This document shows, piece by piece, positions 1 to 10,523 of a DNA stretch of 61,337 nt. The number at the start of each line of letters is the position of its first letter. The first letter of the stretch is position 1. Both the position numbers and the translations under genes were made by a program. The notes beneath the pieces were generated by a model that saw only the letters and a program-made list of their open reading frames with translations, made no database searches and was not told the DNA's origin. The DNA comes from Cyanophora paradoxa CCMP329. Taxonomy: Eukaryota; Plantae; Glaucophyta. The DNA lies in contig QPMI01000327.1 in NCBI GenBank assembly GCA_004431415.1, forward strand, positions 1-61,337. Reading direction: 5' to 3'.

Positions 1-3000
1 GGCCCGGCGGCGTGGAGCGTCTGGCTGCTCGTCCGTCGGGCGAGCTGCGCAGTCCCGCCCGAGGTGCGCCCCGCCGTCCCCGCCACCGCCGCGCCACCGC
101 GGACGCGGGGCGGTTGCGGCAGGGCCCGGTGGCAGGGGTCGCTTTCTTGGCGGCGTGGGTGGCGTTCGCACTGCTCGCGGCCGCGCGGTGGGCCCGCGGT
201 CGGGGCGCCCCTGCAGGGCCTCTCCCACCAGATGAAGCTCCTCTCCGCCTTCCGCCCCGGGCGCCCGCACCCGCCGCCGCCCCGGGGGCCAAGGAGCGGC
301 CGGCGTCGAGCACCTTCTTCCCGGGGGCCCCACGCTGCTGAGCCGCTCGGGGAGCCTGGCGGGCGGGGCGTCCCCACGGGGGTCCCCTCGGCGGGGCCCT
401 GGTGGCCGGCGCGAGGCCGGCGAGGGCGAGAAGCCCGGGCCGGCGACGCTGCGCGGCAACCCCGGCTTCAGGCAGTGGCTCCGCAGCCTCCGCAGGCTCG
501 CCCGCAAGCGCCGCGAGTCGGCCGAGGGGGCCGCAGCCCGCCTCTCAACGACACGGCGGGGCTCCGCCCGGCGGCGGCGGCGGCGGCGGCGGTAGTGCCG
601 CTCGGGCCGGCCAGCGCCGGCACCAGCGCCTCGATCATCACCGACCGTCCCAGGCCGGGCCCGCCGGTGGCGGCGCCGGCGCAGCCCGACGAGAAGCGGG
701 CGTCCCGGGGCGGCGCCGGCCGCGGAGGCGCGGGCGCCGGTCGCGGAGGGCGACGGGAGGGCGGCGTGCGGCGCGCTGGGCTCGCTGTGGGAGCCCCAGG
801 CGCCCCCCGCGCACCCCCCGCGCCTGTCGCTGGTGGCCCTCGGGCGGCGGCCGCTCGGAGAAGGCGGCGCCCGAGGCGGCGGACGCGGTGCGGCAGCTGC
901 TCGCGCTCGCGAGCACGCGCCTGCAGCCGCACCGCCCGCGAGCGCGCCCGAGCGCGAGCCCGAGGTCACCATCGTCAACCGCAACGCCGGCGCCGAGACC
1001 GCCCGCTCTGCCTCACCGCGCGCCGCCGCGACAAGGGTCCGCGCGCCCCGCCCCTCCCCCTCGCTTCGGCCTCGAGGGGGCGGGGCGGGGCGCAGGAGGG
1101 GCGCTGGGCGCCTCGACGAGCATCCGCCTTCCACGACGACACCAAGGGCCGCCTCCGACTCGGACGCGAGCCGCGGGCGCGGCCGCCCGCGCGCCCCGGC
1201 CCCGCCGCCTGCCGCGCCGGCGCTCGGCGGACGACCCCGAGGACTCGGCGGAGCGCGCGGGCCGAGCGGCACGGCGACGGCAGCGCCACCGAGCGCGGCA
1301 CGCGCCCCGCGGGGGCGCGCCCCCGCAGGCCCCCGCCGCCCGCTCCCAGTCCATGCGGGAGGGGCGGGGGCGCGGGAGAGGCCGGCCCGGCCCCGCTCGC
1401 AGGACCTCGCCGCCACCGCGGGGGCCCGAGGGCGCTCCCCCGCGGCCCGCCTCCCTCTCCGCCTTTCGCCGCCGCGGAGGCCCCGAGGAAGCCCCCGCAC
1501 CCGCCGCCGCCGCGCCGACGCAGGCGCGTCCCACGTGGTGCCTCTGGGGAGGACGGGGCGGGGGCGGGGTCGGCGGGGGCGAGCGGGGGAGAGAGCGGGC
1601 CGGAGGCGCTGCTGCTTCTGCCGCCAAGGCCGCGCCCCCGGGCGCCCGCCCCGCTCCCTCTCCGTCAAGCTGCCCCGCTCCACCTCCCGGCCGGCCCCGC
1701 CCCGCCCCCGCCGGCCCCCCGCCCTGCCGGCTCCGGCCGCCGGCCCCGCCGGCCGCACCGCCGCCGGCGCCGAGCGGGCGGCGCCGACGGGCTCGCGGGC
1801 TGCGGGGCAGCTGCCGCCGCCGGAGTCGTCGGCTCGGCCGAGGGCGGCTCGATGCGGGGCAGCGTGCGCTCGACGGTGACGGCCGCCTCGGGCGTGCGCG
1901 GGCGCCTCTCCGGCGTCTTCCGCCGCACCTCCTCCTGGGCCTCCTCCGTCCGCTCCGCCGTCACCCGGTCCGCCCCGCCCCGCCCCGCCCCGCCCCGCCC
2001 GCCCCGCCCGCTGAGCGGGCGCAGGCCGTCCTCCCTGGGGCCCTCCCTCGAGGGGGAGGCGGTGGTGCCGACGGCCCCCGCGTGGCCCTCGGGGCGCCCC
2101 GCGGCCTACCTCGCCGCGGCGGCCCCGGCCGCCCCGGCGACGCCCGCGGCGGCCCCGGCGGCGTCCCCGACGGCCCCGCGGCCTCCTCGCGTGGATCGGT
2201 GCGCGCGGCTGGCTCGGGCGGCCCGGCGCGGCTCTCTGAGAGACTGGCGGCAGGGGGCGGGTGCGGGAGGTGCGGGAGGTGGTGGGGGCGTTCCGGGATG
2301 GCGGCCGGGGTGCGCTCGTCTCCGGAAGTACGTGCCGCAGGAGGTCGTGGCCTACCTCCTGCGGACGGGCCGTGAGGCCGTTCGGCCTCGAGCTCACCGA
2401 CGTCGTCCGCCCCGCCCCGGCCCGCCCCGCCCGCCCCCGAGCCCTTCCCCCCGCCCTGACGCGCCCCGCCCGCCCCGACTCGCAGTCCGTCCTCTTCGCC
2501 GACGTCGCCGACGTGCGCGCCCCCCGGCCCCGGCCCTGCCCCCGCCCCGCCCAGACCGACCGCGCACGCCGCCGGGGCCGCGCGCAGTTTACGGGCCTCA
2601 CGGAGCGGCTGGGCCCGGACCAGCTGGTGGTGATGCTGCAGGGCTTCATGGAGGCCGTCTCGCAGGCCGTCCACCGCTCGGGCGGCTCGTGGACAAGTAT
2701 ATCGGCGACGCCGTCATGGCCCTCTTCAACCGCCCGCGCCCCTCGCCGAGCACGCCCGCCGCGCCGTGGAGGCCGCGCTGCAGGCCCGCCGCGACCTCGA
2801 GCGCGTCAACCCCGCCTCCACGCCTACGGCATCCCGCCCCTCGGCGTCCGCTTCGGGGTCGCCACGGAGAGGCCCTCGTGGGGAACATCGGCTGCTCCTC
2901 CCGCCTCTCCTACACCGCCCTCGGCGACACCGTCAACACCGCCGCCCGCCTCGAGCCGCTGAACAAGCACTACGGGACGGGCCTGCTGTGCAGAGCGAGG

Positions 3001-3314
3001 TGAAGGCGGCGTGCGGGGAGCGGTACCTGACGCGCTTCGTGGACCGGGTGCTGCTGAAGGGAGACGGAGGCGTGCGACCTGTACGAGGTGGTGGTGGAGC
3101 GGGAGCGGGCCTCGCCGGCGCAGCTCGCCCGCTGCTCGCGCTACAGGAGGCCCTCGAGGCCTTCCTCAACACGGACATCACCGGCGCCGACCGCATCCTC
3201 GGACCGCTCGCGAGGACTGGCCCTCGGACCGCGCCACCCAGCTCCTCCACAAGCGCGTCCGCGCCGCCATCCAGTCCCCACCTGTACGACGACATCACCG
3301 ACTTCAACGCCTGA
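1..3314 (+). CDS. Class III adenylate/guanylate cyclase, 5'-partial, with introns and several frameshifts
   Basis: Motifs spread across frames: RKYVPQEVV, SVLFADV, FTGLTERL..QLVVMLQGFMEAV, LVDKYIGDAVMALFN, LVGNIGCSSRLSYTALGDTVNTAARLEPLNKHYGT, RFVDRVLLKG. Hydrophobic segment VAGVAFLAAWVAFALLAA at ~130-190. Linking the upstream part to the cyclase is inferred. Confidence 0.85.
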
Positions 3315-3647
3315 GCGCGAGCTGGCGCGTACTCTAGTCTCGCTTTTTCTTTCGTTTGCCGAGTTGCTTTCCTGTAGTTGTACCTGCATCCCATGCGTTC
3401 TTTGGCTAGCTATAGGCTTCGAATTCGTGTGCTTTGATCTCATTATCTGCGCGTGCCACTTTCACGGTTGGATATCGATTGCCCTGCACTGCAGCTGGGG
3501 TTGGGTCGGGGCATGCGTGCAGCCGCATGCGCGACCGTGCCGCCTTAAAGTTTCGACCGTGAAGTCCAGCAAGCTTCAAGCCACGGCTAGCCGTCAAACA
3601 AACCGTTGCCAAGCCAGGCTTCAAGTTTGAGTTCCTGTATCCCCAAA

Positions 3648-6236
3648 ATGCCGCCCGCATGCGCACCGCCCTGCGCGCTGTGCGAGGAGCCCTCGGCTTG
3701 ACGCGGTTCTCCTGCCTGCATGCGGGCATTCACTCCACGCCGGATGCGTCCTCACATTGGTTAGGCCCAGCTCGCTGTCACCGTCACCGCTTCGCGTCAG
3801 CGAGGTATTAACGCGCCCTTGACAGGCGCGAAGGCTCAGGACGCGGTTATTACGTGCCCGAGTTGTGGAACGGCGACCCCCGCTTGTCGGGATGAACAAG
3901 CTCTCGTCCCTAACCTTGCCCTGCGTGAGATGCTTCGCGCATTATCATCATCATCATCATCATCATCATCATCTGAGAAGGAGGAAGACAACGCTTCAAC
4001 GCTCAAACAAGAAGATGTGGTCCGTACTTGCGCTCGTCCCTTTTCACACCTGTGCGAGGGAGGCGCGTACGCACAGATTCGACACCATAACTGGGACTCT
4101 TGCGTGCTAGAATCGCGTGATTCACGCGCGTCATCGAACGGCCCTGCGCAGGACGCGGAGCCGGCGATCTGGAAGCACTGCGCCTCCCACGGCAAGCCTC
4201 TCGACCTCCTTTGCGAGTGCATGGAAGCGCCTCTCTGCCGCGAGTGTTATTCTGAGGATGAGATCCATGTCGGGTCAGCACGATTCTGACGCGTTCTCGG
4301 CGTTGTCACTGCAGCTGACATATGCATCAGCCACGCATTCCAGCCACTGCAGCTGGCGTCGCACAAGGCGAAAATCGAGATTGATGGGCGTGTTCGAGCC
4401 GCGCAAGCGCTCCTCGAGAAGCTGGAGCGCTTCGTCAGCGCGGCGAATGGGATTCAGAGCACCTGGCTGGAGAGCTGCGCCAACGTGCGGCATGAGATCG
4501 AGGAGTACTGGACCAAGATCTTGCAGCCGCTGACCGAAGACGGAACGAGCTCCTACACGCGCTCGATCAGATCCAAAACCGCTGGGTGGCGGAGATCGGC
4601 GACCGGAAAGCAGACATCGAGCGGGCGCTCGGGTGCGGGCGAGCCAGCCCCCTTTCCTCTCCGGCCCGGCGGGGCGCCTGACGTCGCGGCAGGTCGCTCC
4701 GAGACGCGTGCTTGGAGCGCGGGCGGGGGTGGAGAGCGCGCGGGGCGACCCCTACGCGGTGCTCGAAGCCCGCGGCGCCGTGGTCCGCGCGCTCAAGGTA
4801 CTCCCCGCCCACCGGCCCCGCGCCGCCCCGCCCGACGCGGCGCAGGCGACGGAGGGGCTGAGCTTCTCGGTGCCGGAGCCGGCGGTGCAGTTCTCCAACC
4901 CCGGCGTCCTCTCCATGGGTCCACCCCGCCCCCGCCCCGCCCCGCGCCGGCCGCGTCGGGCCGAGCGTGGCGCCGGCCCGCAGCGACGCCTTTCACGCTG
5001 GCGCAACTGGTCACCGGCGGGAATCTCTCGGAGCGCGCCCCGCCCACCATCTTCCGCTCGTGCGCCGCCCCCGCCCCGCCCGCATGGACCCTTCGCGCGC
5101 CCCTCGAGCTCACGCGCAAGCAGTCCTCCGCCACGGCCGCCGGGCCCCAGGGCCGGCTCGCACCGGCCCTCCCCGACAGCGATCCCGAACGCCGCGGCGC
5201 CGCCCTTCGTGCCGGCCTCTCAGACCGCCGGCGCCCTCTTCGCGGCGCTTGTGCGCCCGCCCCGCCCCGCGCCCCGCGCCCCCGCGCATCGCGACCTGAC
5301 CTCCTCAGCAGTTGCGCACGCGCAGCAGCAGCAGCAGCAACAACAACAACAACAACAACAACAACAAGGGCAGGGGCAGCGGATGCGGCAGGGGGGCCCA
5401 CAGCCGGGTGCGGGGGGTTTCGGGGGCGCGGGCGCGGGCGCGGGAGTGACGGGGGCGCAGCGTTCGACGTGGAGCGGCTGGCGGCGATGCTCGCGGCGCA
5501 GGCGGCGGTGCACGAGGGCCACGAGGGGCCCCTCGAGCCCGGCGCCCTCTGGGGCCCGGCGCCGCCGGCGAGCCCAACTCGCGCGCCGCGGCGGCGGCGC
5601 AGGCGGCGGCGGCGGCCTTCCAGGCGAGCGTGGCGGCGGCGGCGGGGGGGGGCGTGGGAGCAGCCCCATCTCGAGCGCGGACTGGTCGGTGCCGGGGCGC
5701 TCGGGGGCGGCCGGGCGGGGAGGCGCCCGGGGTGGCGGAGGCGCGGGCGCGGGCCTTCGCGGCGTTGACGAGCAGCCTGGCGGTGGCGGCGCAGACGGCG
5801 CACGGCGCGCACGGGCCGCACCCCAGCATCAACCCGCACGTCGCGCACGGCCCGCCCCACCACCCCACGAGCGCCGCCCCCCGGCCTCCCACCCCCCGCC
5901 CCGCCCCCCGCCGCGCGGGGGCCGGAGGCGGTGGGGGCCGCGCGGCCGGGCACGCGGGTGAACCTCATCTCGCGCTCCGACATCCGCTACGAGGGGACGG
6001 TCGTCAGCCACGACCCCGCCGCCCAGACAGTCGTCCGCCCGCCCCCGGCCCCGCCCCGCCCCCGGGGCGCCCCCGAGGCGGGCGCGCAGGTGCTCCACTC
6101 GGTGCGCTCGTTCGGGACGGAGGGACGGCGCACGGACCGCGGGCGCCAGGTGGCCCCCAGCCGCGAGCTCCTCGACTACCTCCAGTTCCGCCTCTCGGAC
6201 ATCAAGGAGGTCGCCCCCGCCGGCGGCGCACGCTGA
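3648..6236 (+). CDS. RING / B-box / coiled-coil (TRIM-like) protein with polyQ and a C-terminal LSm14-type domain; contains frameshifts
   Basis: ATG 3648; CALCEEP..VLLPACGHSLHAGC|..ITCPSC..LVPNLALREM (RING); HCASHGKPLDLLCECMEAPLCREC (B-box); helical coiled coil 4350-4560; polyQ ~5323-5367; VNLISRSDIRYEGTV..VRSFGTEGR..LDYLQFRLSDIKE (LSm14/Scd6 N-domain) at 5958-6210. The 3' end is approximate. Confidence 0.65.
3943..3973 (+). repeat. (TCA)n microsatellite encoding poly-Ser
   Basis: About 10 tandem tca units. Confidence 0.9.
5323..5367 (+). repeat. (CAG)n(CAA)n polyglutamine tract
   Basis: cagcagcagcagcagcaacaacaa... Confidence 0.9.
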
Positions 6237-6479
6237 GCCGCCCCCCGCGCCCCCGGCGCCTCCTCCCCGCCCCACCGCGCCCGCCGGGCCGTCAAGACGG
6301 CCGCGGACTCGGCGGCTCCGCTTCATCACTCAATCGCCGCGAGGGAGGCATTCCCCGAGACTTTCAGAGCCCCTTTCAGATTTCATGGCGCCTTCTCAGA
6401 ATTCCAGACTTTTCCGGATTCAATGATCCACAGGAATTTTTCGAATGTCTTTTGCCGTACTAGTCGAGACGCTCACACG

Positions 6480-7780
6480 CGCCGTGGCATAGCTGAAAGC
6501 TCCGAGATCCGAATATCAGTGTATACGTAGTATACATGTCACAGTCGCTGACTAAAATAATAATCAGGCATTAGTGAAGTGTATTTTTTGGCCTTCAAGT
6601 TTCCACGGTGTATATCATAACTTATTGACAGTCGTTGAATTTGATTTAAAAGACCTAGCTATAGGCCTGCGGCTGGCCTGCAGGCCCCCAGGCCTAGGCC
6701 TGCACCTGGTAGCTTTGAAGTAAGAATTTCAATAGCCTAGCCTAGCTGCAGCTGGTACCGTACTACGTATACGTAGCTATTCTATGATAGGCCTGAGGCG
6801 TTGTTGAGAGAGAGTACCGTAGTACGTTGAACGTCAAGGATATATAATCACTGATCATGAACTTCCCGGCCCGGGTCCGAATGTCGAAGTTCGGAATATT
6901 TTATTCAGGGGCAAACAGAACCTGAGAAACAACGTCAACATGCAAGCTTAAGACGGAGGCGGCGGGGGGCCCGGGGGGGCCTCAGAGGTGGTGGTGGCGG
7001 TGGCGGCCGGCTCGATCGATCGGCCGGGGCTCACTGAGTCAGCAGCTGCCAGGCTGGTGCCGGCCGGCGGAATCTCGTGGGAGGACGTCGGCGCCGGCGG
7101 CCGGGCCTCATGATCATGCCATGATGATCATGATCATGATCATCCAGGCCCGCTCCGCCCCACCCCCGCCTTAAGCTTCTAGCCTAGTAGGCCTCCCCCC
7201 TCTTCTTCCTAGTCCTGCCGAGCTCGAGCACACCGGGCCGAGCTCTTCGCGATCGCCGCCGGCCAGATCTCCTCCGGTCCGCTGCCAGGCTGATCATGAC
7301 TCAGTGATCATGATCATGATCATGAGCGCCCCGCCGCCGGGCGCCGGGGTGCGGGAATTCGAAGACGTCGACGCTGGCCATGGGCATGCGCATATGCGCA
7401 GGCATATGCATGCATATGGTGGCGAAGGCACCGGCGGTGGCGGCGTGCTGCGTGACGCGGCGGCACCCTTAAAAATTTGTCTGGTGGCGGCAGCTTCGAA
7501 TTCGTCTCCGTACGCGTGAAGGGCCCGGCCCGGCGGAGCTCATGATCATCTAGATCTCGACCTACGTCGTCGTCGACGACGACTCGGACGACCTACGTGC
7601 TACGCGACGTCGGCGCCGCGGCGATATATAGATCCCCGGCGCGGGCGCGCGATAGCACGTGCACGCGCGCAATTGTCAGCGCGCGCGATGCTACTCAGGA
7701 ACATGATACGCATGTCATATGCATGATCATGATCATGATCTGTGCATGCGGACTCCGGCCGCGGGATCCGCCCGCGCCGG
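6480..7780. repeat. Non-coding tract saturated with short perfect palindromes and (TGATCA)n arrays
   Basis: Examples: caggcctaggcctg 6689-6702, ctacgtatacgtag 6763-6776, gatgatcatgatcatgatcatc 7123-7144, catatgcatgcatatg 7403-7418, gtcgtcgtcgacgacgac 7566-7583. Confidence 0.8.
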
Positions 7781-7862
7781 TTGTCAAATTCGCGCGCAGC
7801 GGCGGCCGGCAGCGCGAAAAAGCGCAAAAATTCAAGCCACGACCCGGGGGCCAAGCGACAGA

Positions 7863-7869
7863 GGGGTAC
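7863..7869 (+). promoter_or_regulatory. GGGGTAC candidate promoter element upstream of SNF5
   Basis: About 60 nt upstream of ATG 7932; the same word recurs in other promoters. Confidence 0.55.
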
Positions 7870-7931
7870 GGCGCAGACGCGCGCTTCGCAGTTGCGGCCA
7901 GCTGCAGGAGCCGCGCCGAGCTTCTGCCGCG

Positions 7932-9559
7932 ATGCAGAAGCAACCGGTGAAGTGCGTTTCGGTCGCGTGGCAACCGCGACCAGGACCGCATTCTCACGCC
8001 TCGCCGCGCAGGCTCGAGAGGGTGCCCGGTCGGAGCGACAACTGGGAGCCTCCGGTCAAGCGAACGCGGTGCGGGCTGTCCGCGGCCGCCGCTCGCGCAG
8101 CGCCACCCGCTTTTCGAACGGGGTGTGCAGGTTCGCGGACCACCTCGTTCCAATCCGCCTCGACATCATGAGCACGGACAAGACACGTCAGCTAAAGGAC
8201 AGCTTCCTGTGGAACATCCAGGACGAGATGTCCCCGGAGGAGTTCGCCCTCACACTCGTCGAGGACGAGCGCCTGCCCGTGGAGTTCATCGAGTACATCA
8301 AGGCGTCGATCACGAACCAGCTGAACGAGTACAAGAGCTCCAAGCGCTTCGTGCCCACCGCGCGCGGCGAGGACAGGCATCTGATCAAGGTGCCGCGCCG
8401 CGTCCGCCGCCGGCGCTGCCGCATCGGCGGCCGACGAGGGGGCGGGCAGATCGAGGCGCGGGTCGGGGACGTGGTGCTGCTGGACCAGGTGGAGTGGGAC
8501 TGCAGCGAGCCGCGGAACAGCCCGGAGGAGTTCGCCAAGCACCTGGCCGCCGAGCTCGGCCTCGGCGGCCAGTTCGCCAACGTCATCGCCATCCAGATCC
8601 GCGAGCAGCTCAACGAGCACGCGGTGCGCCCTCCCCTCGCGCGGAGGCGGCGCGGGGCGGGGCGGCGCTGAGGCGGGGCGGCGCGCAGGTGGCCAAGGAG
8701 CAGAAGGAGTTCATCCTGCCGGGGAACGTGGAGCGAAAGCGGCTGCTGCGGGAGGACGACCAGGTGGCGCAGTGGGAGCCGGCCCTCGACCGCCTCTCCC
8801 GCCAGGAGCTCCACGAGACCGTCGAGTTCGAGACCGCCGTCGCCCGGTCCGCCCCCGTGGCCCGCCCGCGCGCCCCTCGGCCCCCGCCGAGCGGGCCGCG
8901 CGCAGCTCGAAGCGGCGGAACACGTACGTGATCGAGCAGACGCGGGCGAGCGCGGTGCTGAACAGCGGGTACCGGCGCTACGCGCGCAAGGGCCGCTTCT
9001 ACCTGGGGCCCGGCATGGTCGAGCAGGTCCTCGCCCTCACCTCCCAGGAGGAGCTCGCCGTCCTCGAGGCCGAGCGCCGCGCCCGCGCCGAGGCCGCCGG
9101 CCCCCGCGCCGCCCCCTCCCACTGCCTCGGCTGCGGGGCCCCCGGCTCGCGGGAGAAGCCCATCGCCTTCCTCGGCAAGTGGGGGTCCGCCCCCTCTCGC
9201 TCCTCCCCGAGGGCGCGGGGCGCGTGGGCCGACGGGGCGCGCAGGGCGTCGACGCTGTGCGAGAAGTGCGGCACGGTGCACAGGCTGACCATGGGCGCCC
9301 CCGACGCGCCCCCGCCCCCCGTGCCCGAGGAGTTCCGCAACGCGGCGCGCGTGCGCGAGTTCGTGGCGGCGCAGGGGCGCTGCGGGCGACGCTGCCGCAG
9401 ACCCTGCAGCCGCTGCCGCAGCCGCCGGTGCAGCCCTCCTACGCCGCCATCTCCGCCCCGCCCGCCGCCCCCCCGGCCCCGCCCACGCCGCCCACGCCCT
9501 CGCCGCCCCCGCGTCTCCACGGGGCCCTCCGTCGGCGCCCCTCCCACGCGGCGAACGCC

Positions 9560-9591
<32 letters not shown>

Positions 9592-10369
9592 CTCGGCGGG
9601 GGCGGGCGGGGGCCGGGGCGGTCGGTGGCGGATCAGATGTGGCAGGAGGTGGGGGGCCCTGAGGTGCAGATCACGTACGACCGCCTCGGGCACGTGCTCG
9701 TGGAGGGCAAGCCGGTGCTCGTGGAGGGGAAGCCGATCGCCAAGAAGCGGGGCGGCGCTCGCGGGCCGAGGCCGACGCCATCGAGGCCGCCAAGGTCAAG
9801 GTCCTCGAGGAGCGCCGCGCCCGCAACCGCGCCGCCGGCATCACGGGGCCGGCCCCGTGCCCCCGCCCAAGCCGCCAGCCGCGGCCCCGGCCCCCTCGCC
9901 CCCCGCGGGGCCCTCTTCCTCCTCCGCGGGGCGGCCCCGCAGGCGGCGCCGAAGCAGCAGCCGGCGGCGGCGCAGGGCGGGGCGGGGGCAGCCAGCAGCA
10001 GGTCTCGGCCAAGCGGCGGCCAAGGCGGCGGCCAAGGCGGCCGCCGCGCAGGCCGCCGCGCGGGCCTCGGGGGCGGCTACGCGCCGACGGCGGTGCGGGC
10101 GGCGCCGACGTCGGCGGCGATCGCGGCGCCGGCGGCGGGGGCTCGCTGGGGCACGCGGGGGCCCCTTCCAGCCGGCCCCGAGCGGCGTGCGCCGCCTCGT
10201 CGTCAAGACCAAGTCCGCCAAGCCGCCGCGCCCCAGCGGCGAGCAGCCCGCCGCCGCCCCGGCCCCCGTCAAGACCGGCCTCGGCCTCAAGATCAAGATC
10301 AAGCTCGGCGGCTCCGGCGGCGGCTCGCAGCCGTCCCCGGCCGGCCCCGGCGGCGACGCGCACTTCTAG
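7932..10369 (+). CDS. SNF5: SNF5/SMARCB1/SFH1-family chromatin-remodelling subunit with a GATA-like Zn finger
   Basis: LVPIRLDI..LKDSFLWNIQDEMSPEEFALTLVEDERLP and LLDQVEWDCSEPRNSPEEFAKHLAAELGLGGQFANVIAIQIREQL (SNF5 repeats); spliced CLGC-x19-CEKC; C-terminal LKIKIKL. Confidence 0.88.
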
Positions 10370-10523
10370 CCCCTGCCTTCCCCTGCCCCTCCCTCTCTGC
10401 CCCCTCTCTCCCTCTCTCGCAGCAGCCATGCGTGCATTGGACGTACGCGTACGATTACAGACGGCCGGGGGAGGCGCGTGCGGATGGGGGTTGGACGGGG
10501 TGGAGAGCCGGGGAAGGTCGGGC

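Noticed and set aside
64-3003. Very long Arg/Pro/Gly/Ala-rich ORFs, here and throughout (e.g. 9671-12148, 47778-50588)
   Set aside because: Stop-codon scarcity in extremely GC-rich DNA; they run through introns or lie antisense to real genes
7090-7740. CRISPR array or the MIMIMIM ORFs
   Set aside because: Only 6-bp TGATCA units with no repeat-spacer periodicity, in a eukaryotic context; the ORFs are translations of the repeat
6480-7780. Cloning-vector polylinker contamination
   Set aside because: No recognisable MCS order or vector backbone, and the same style recurs at several native intergenic sites
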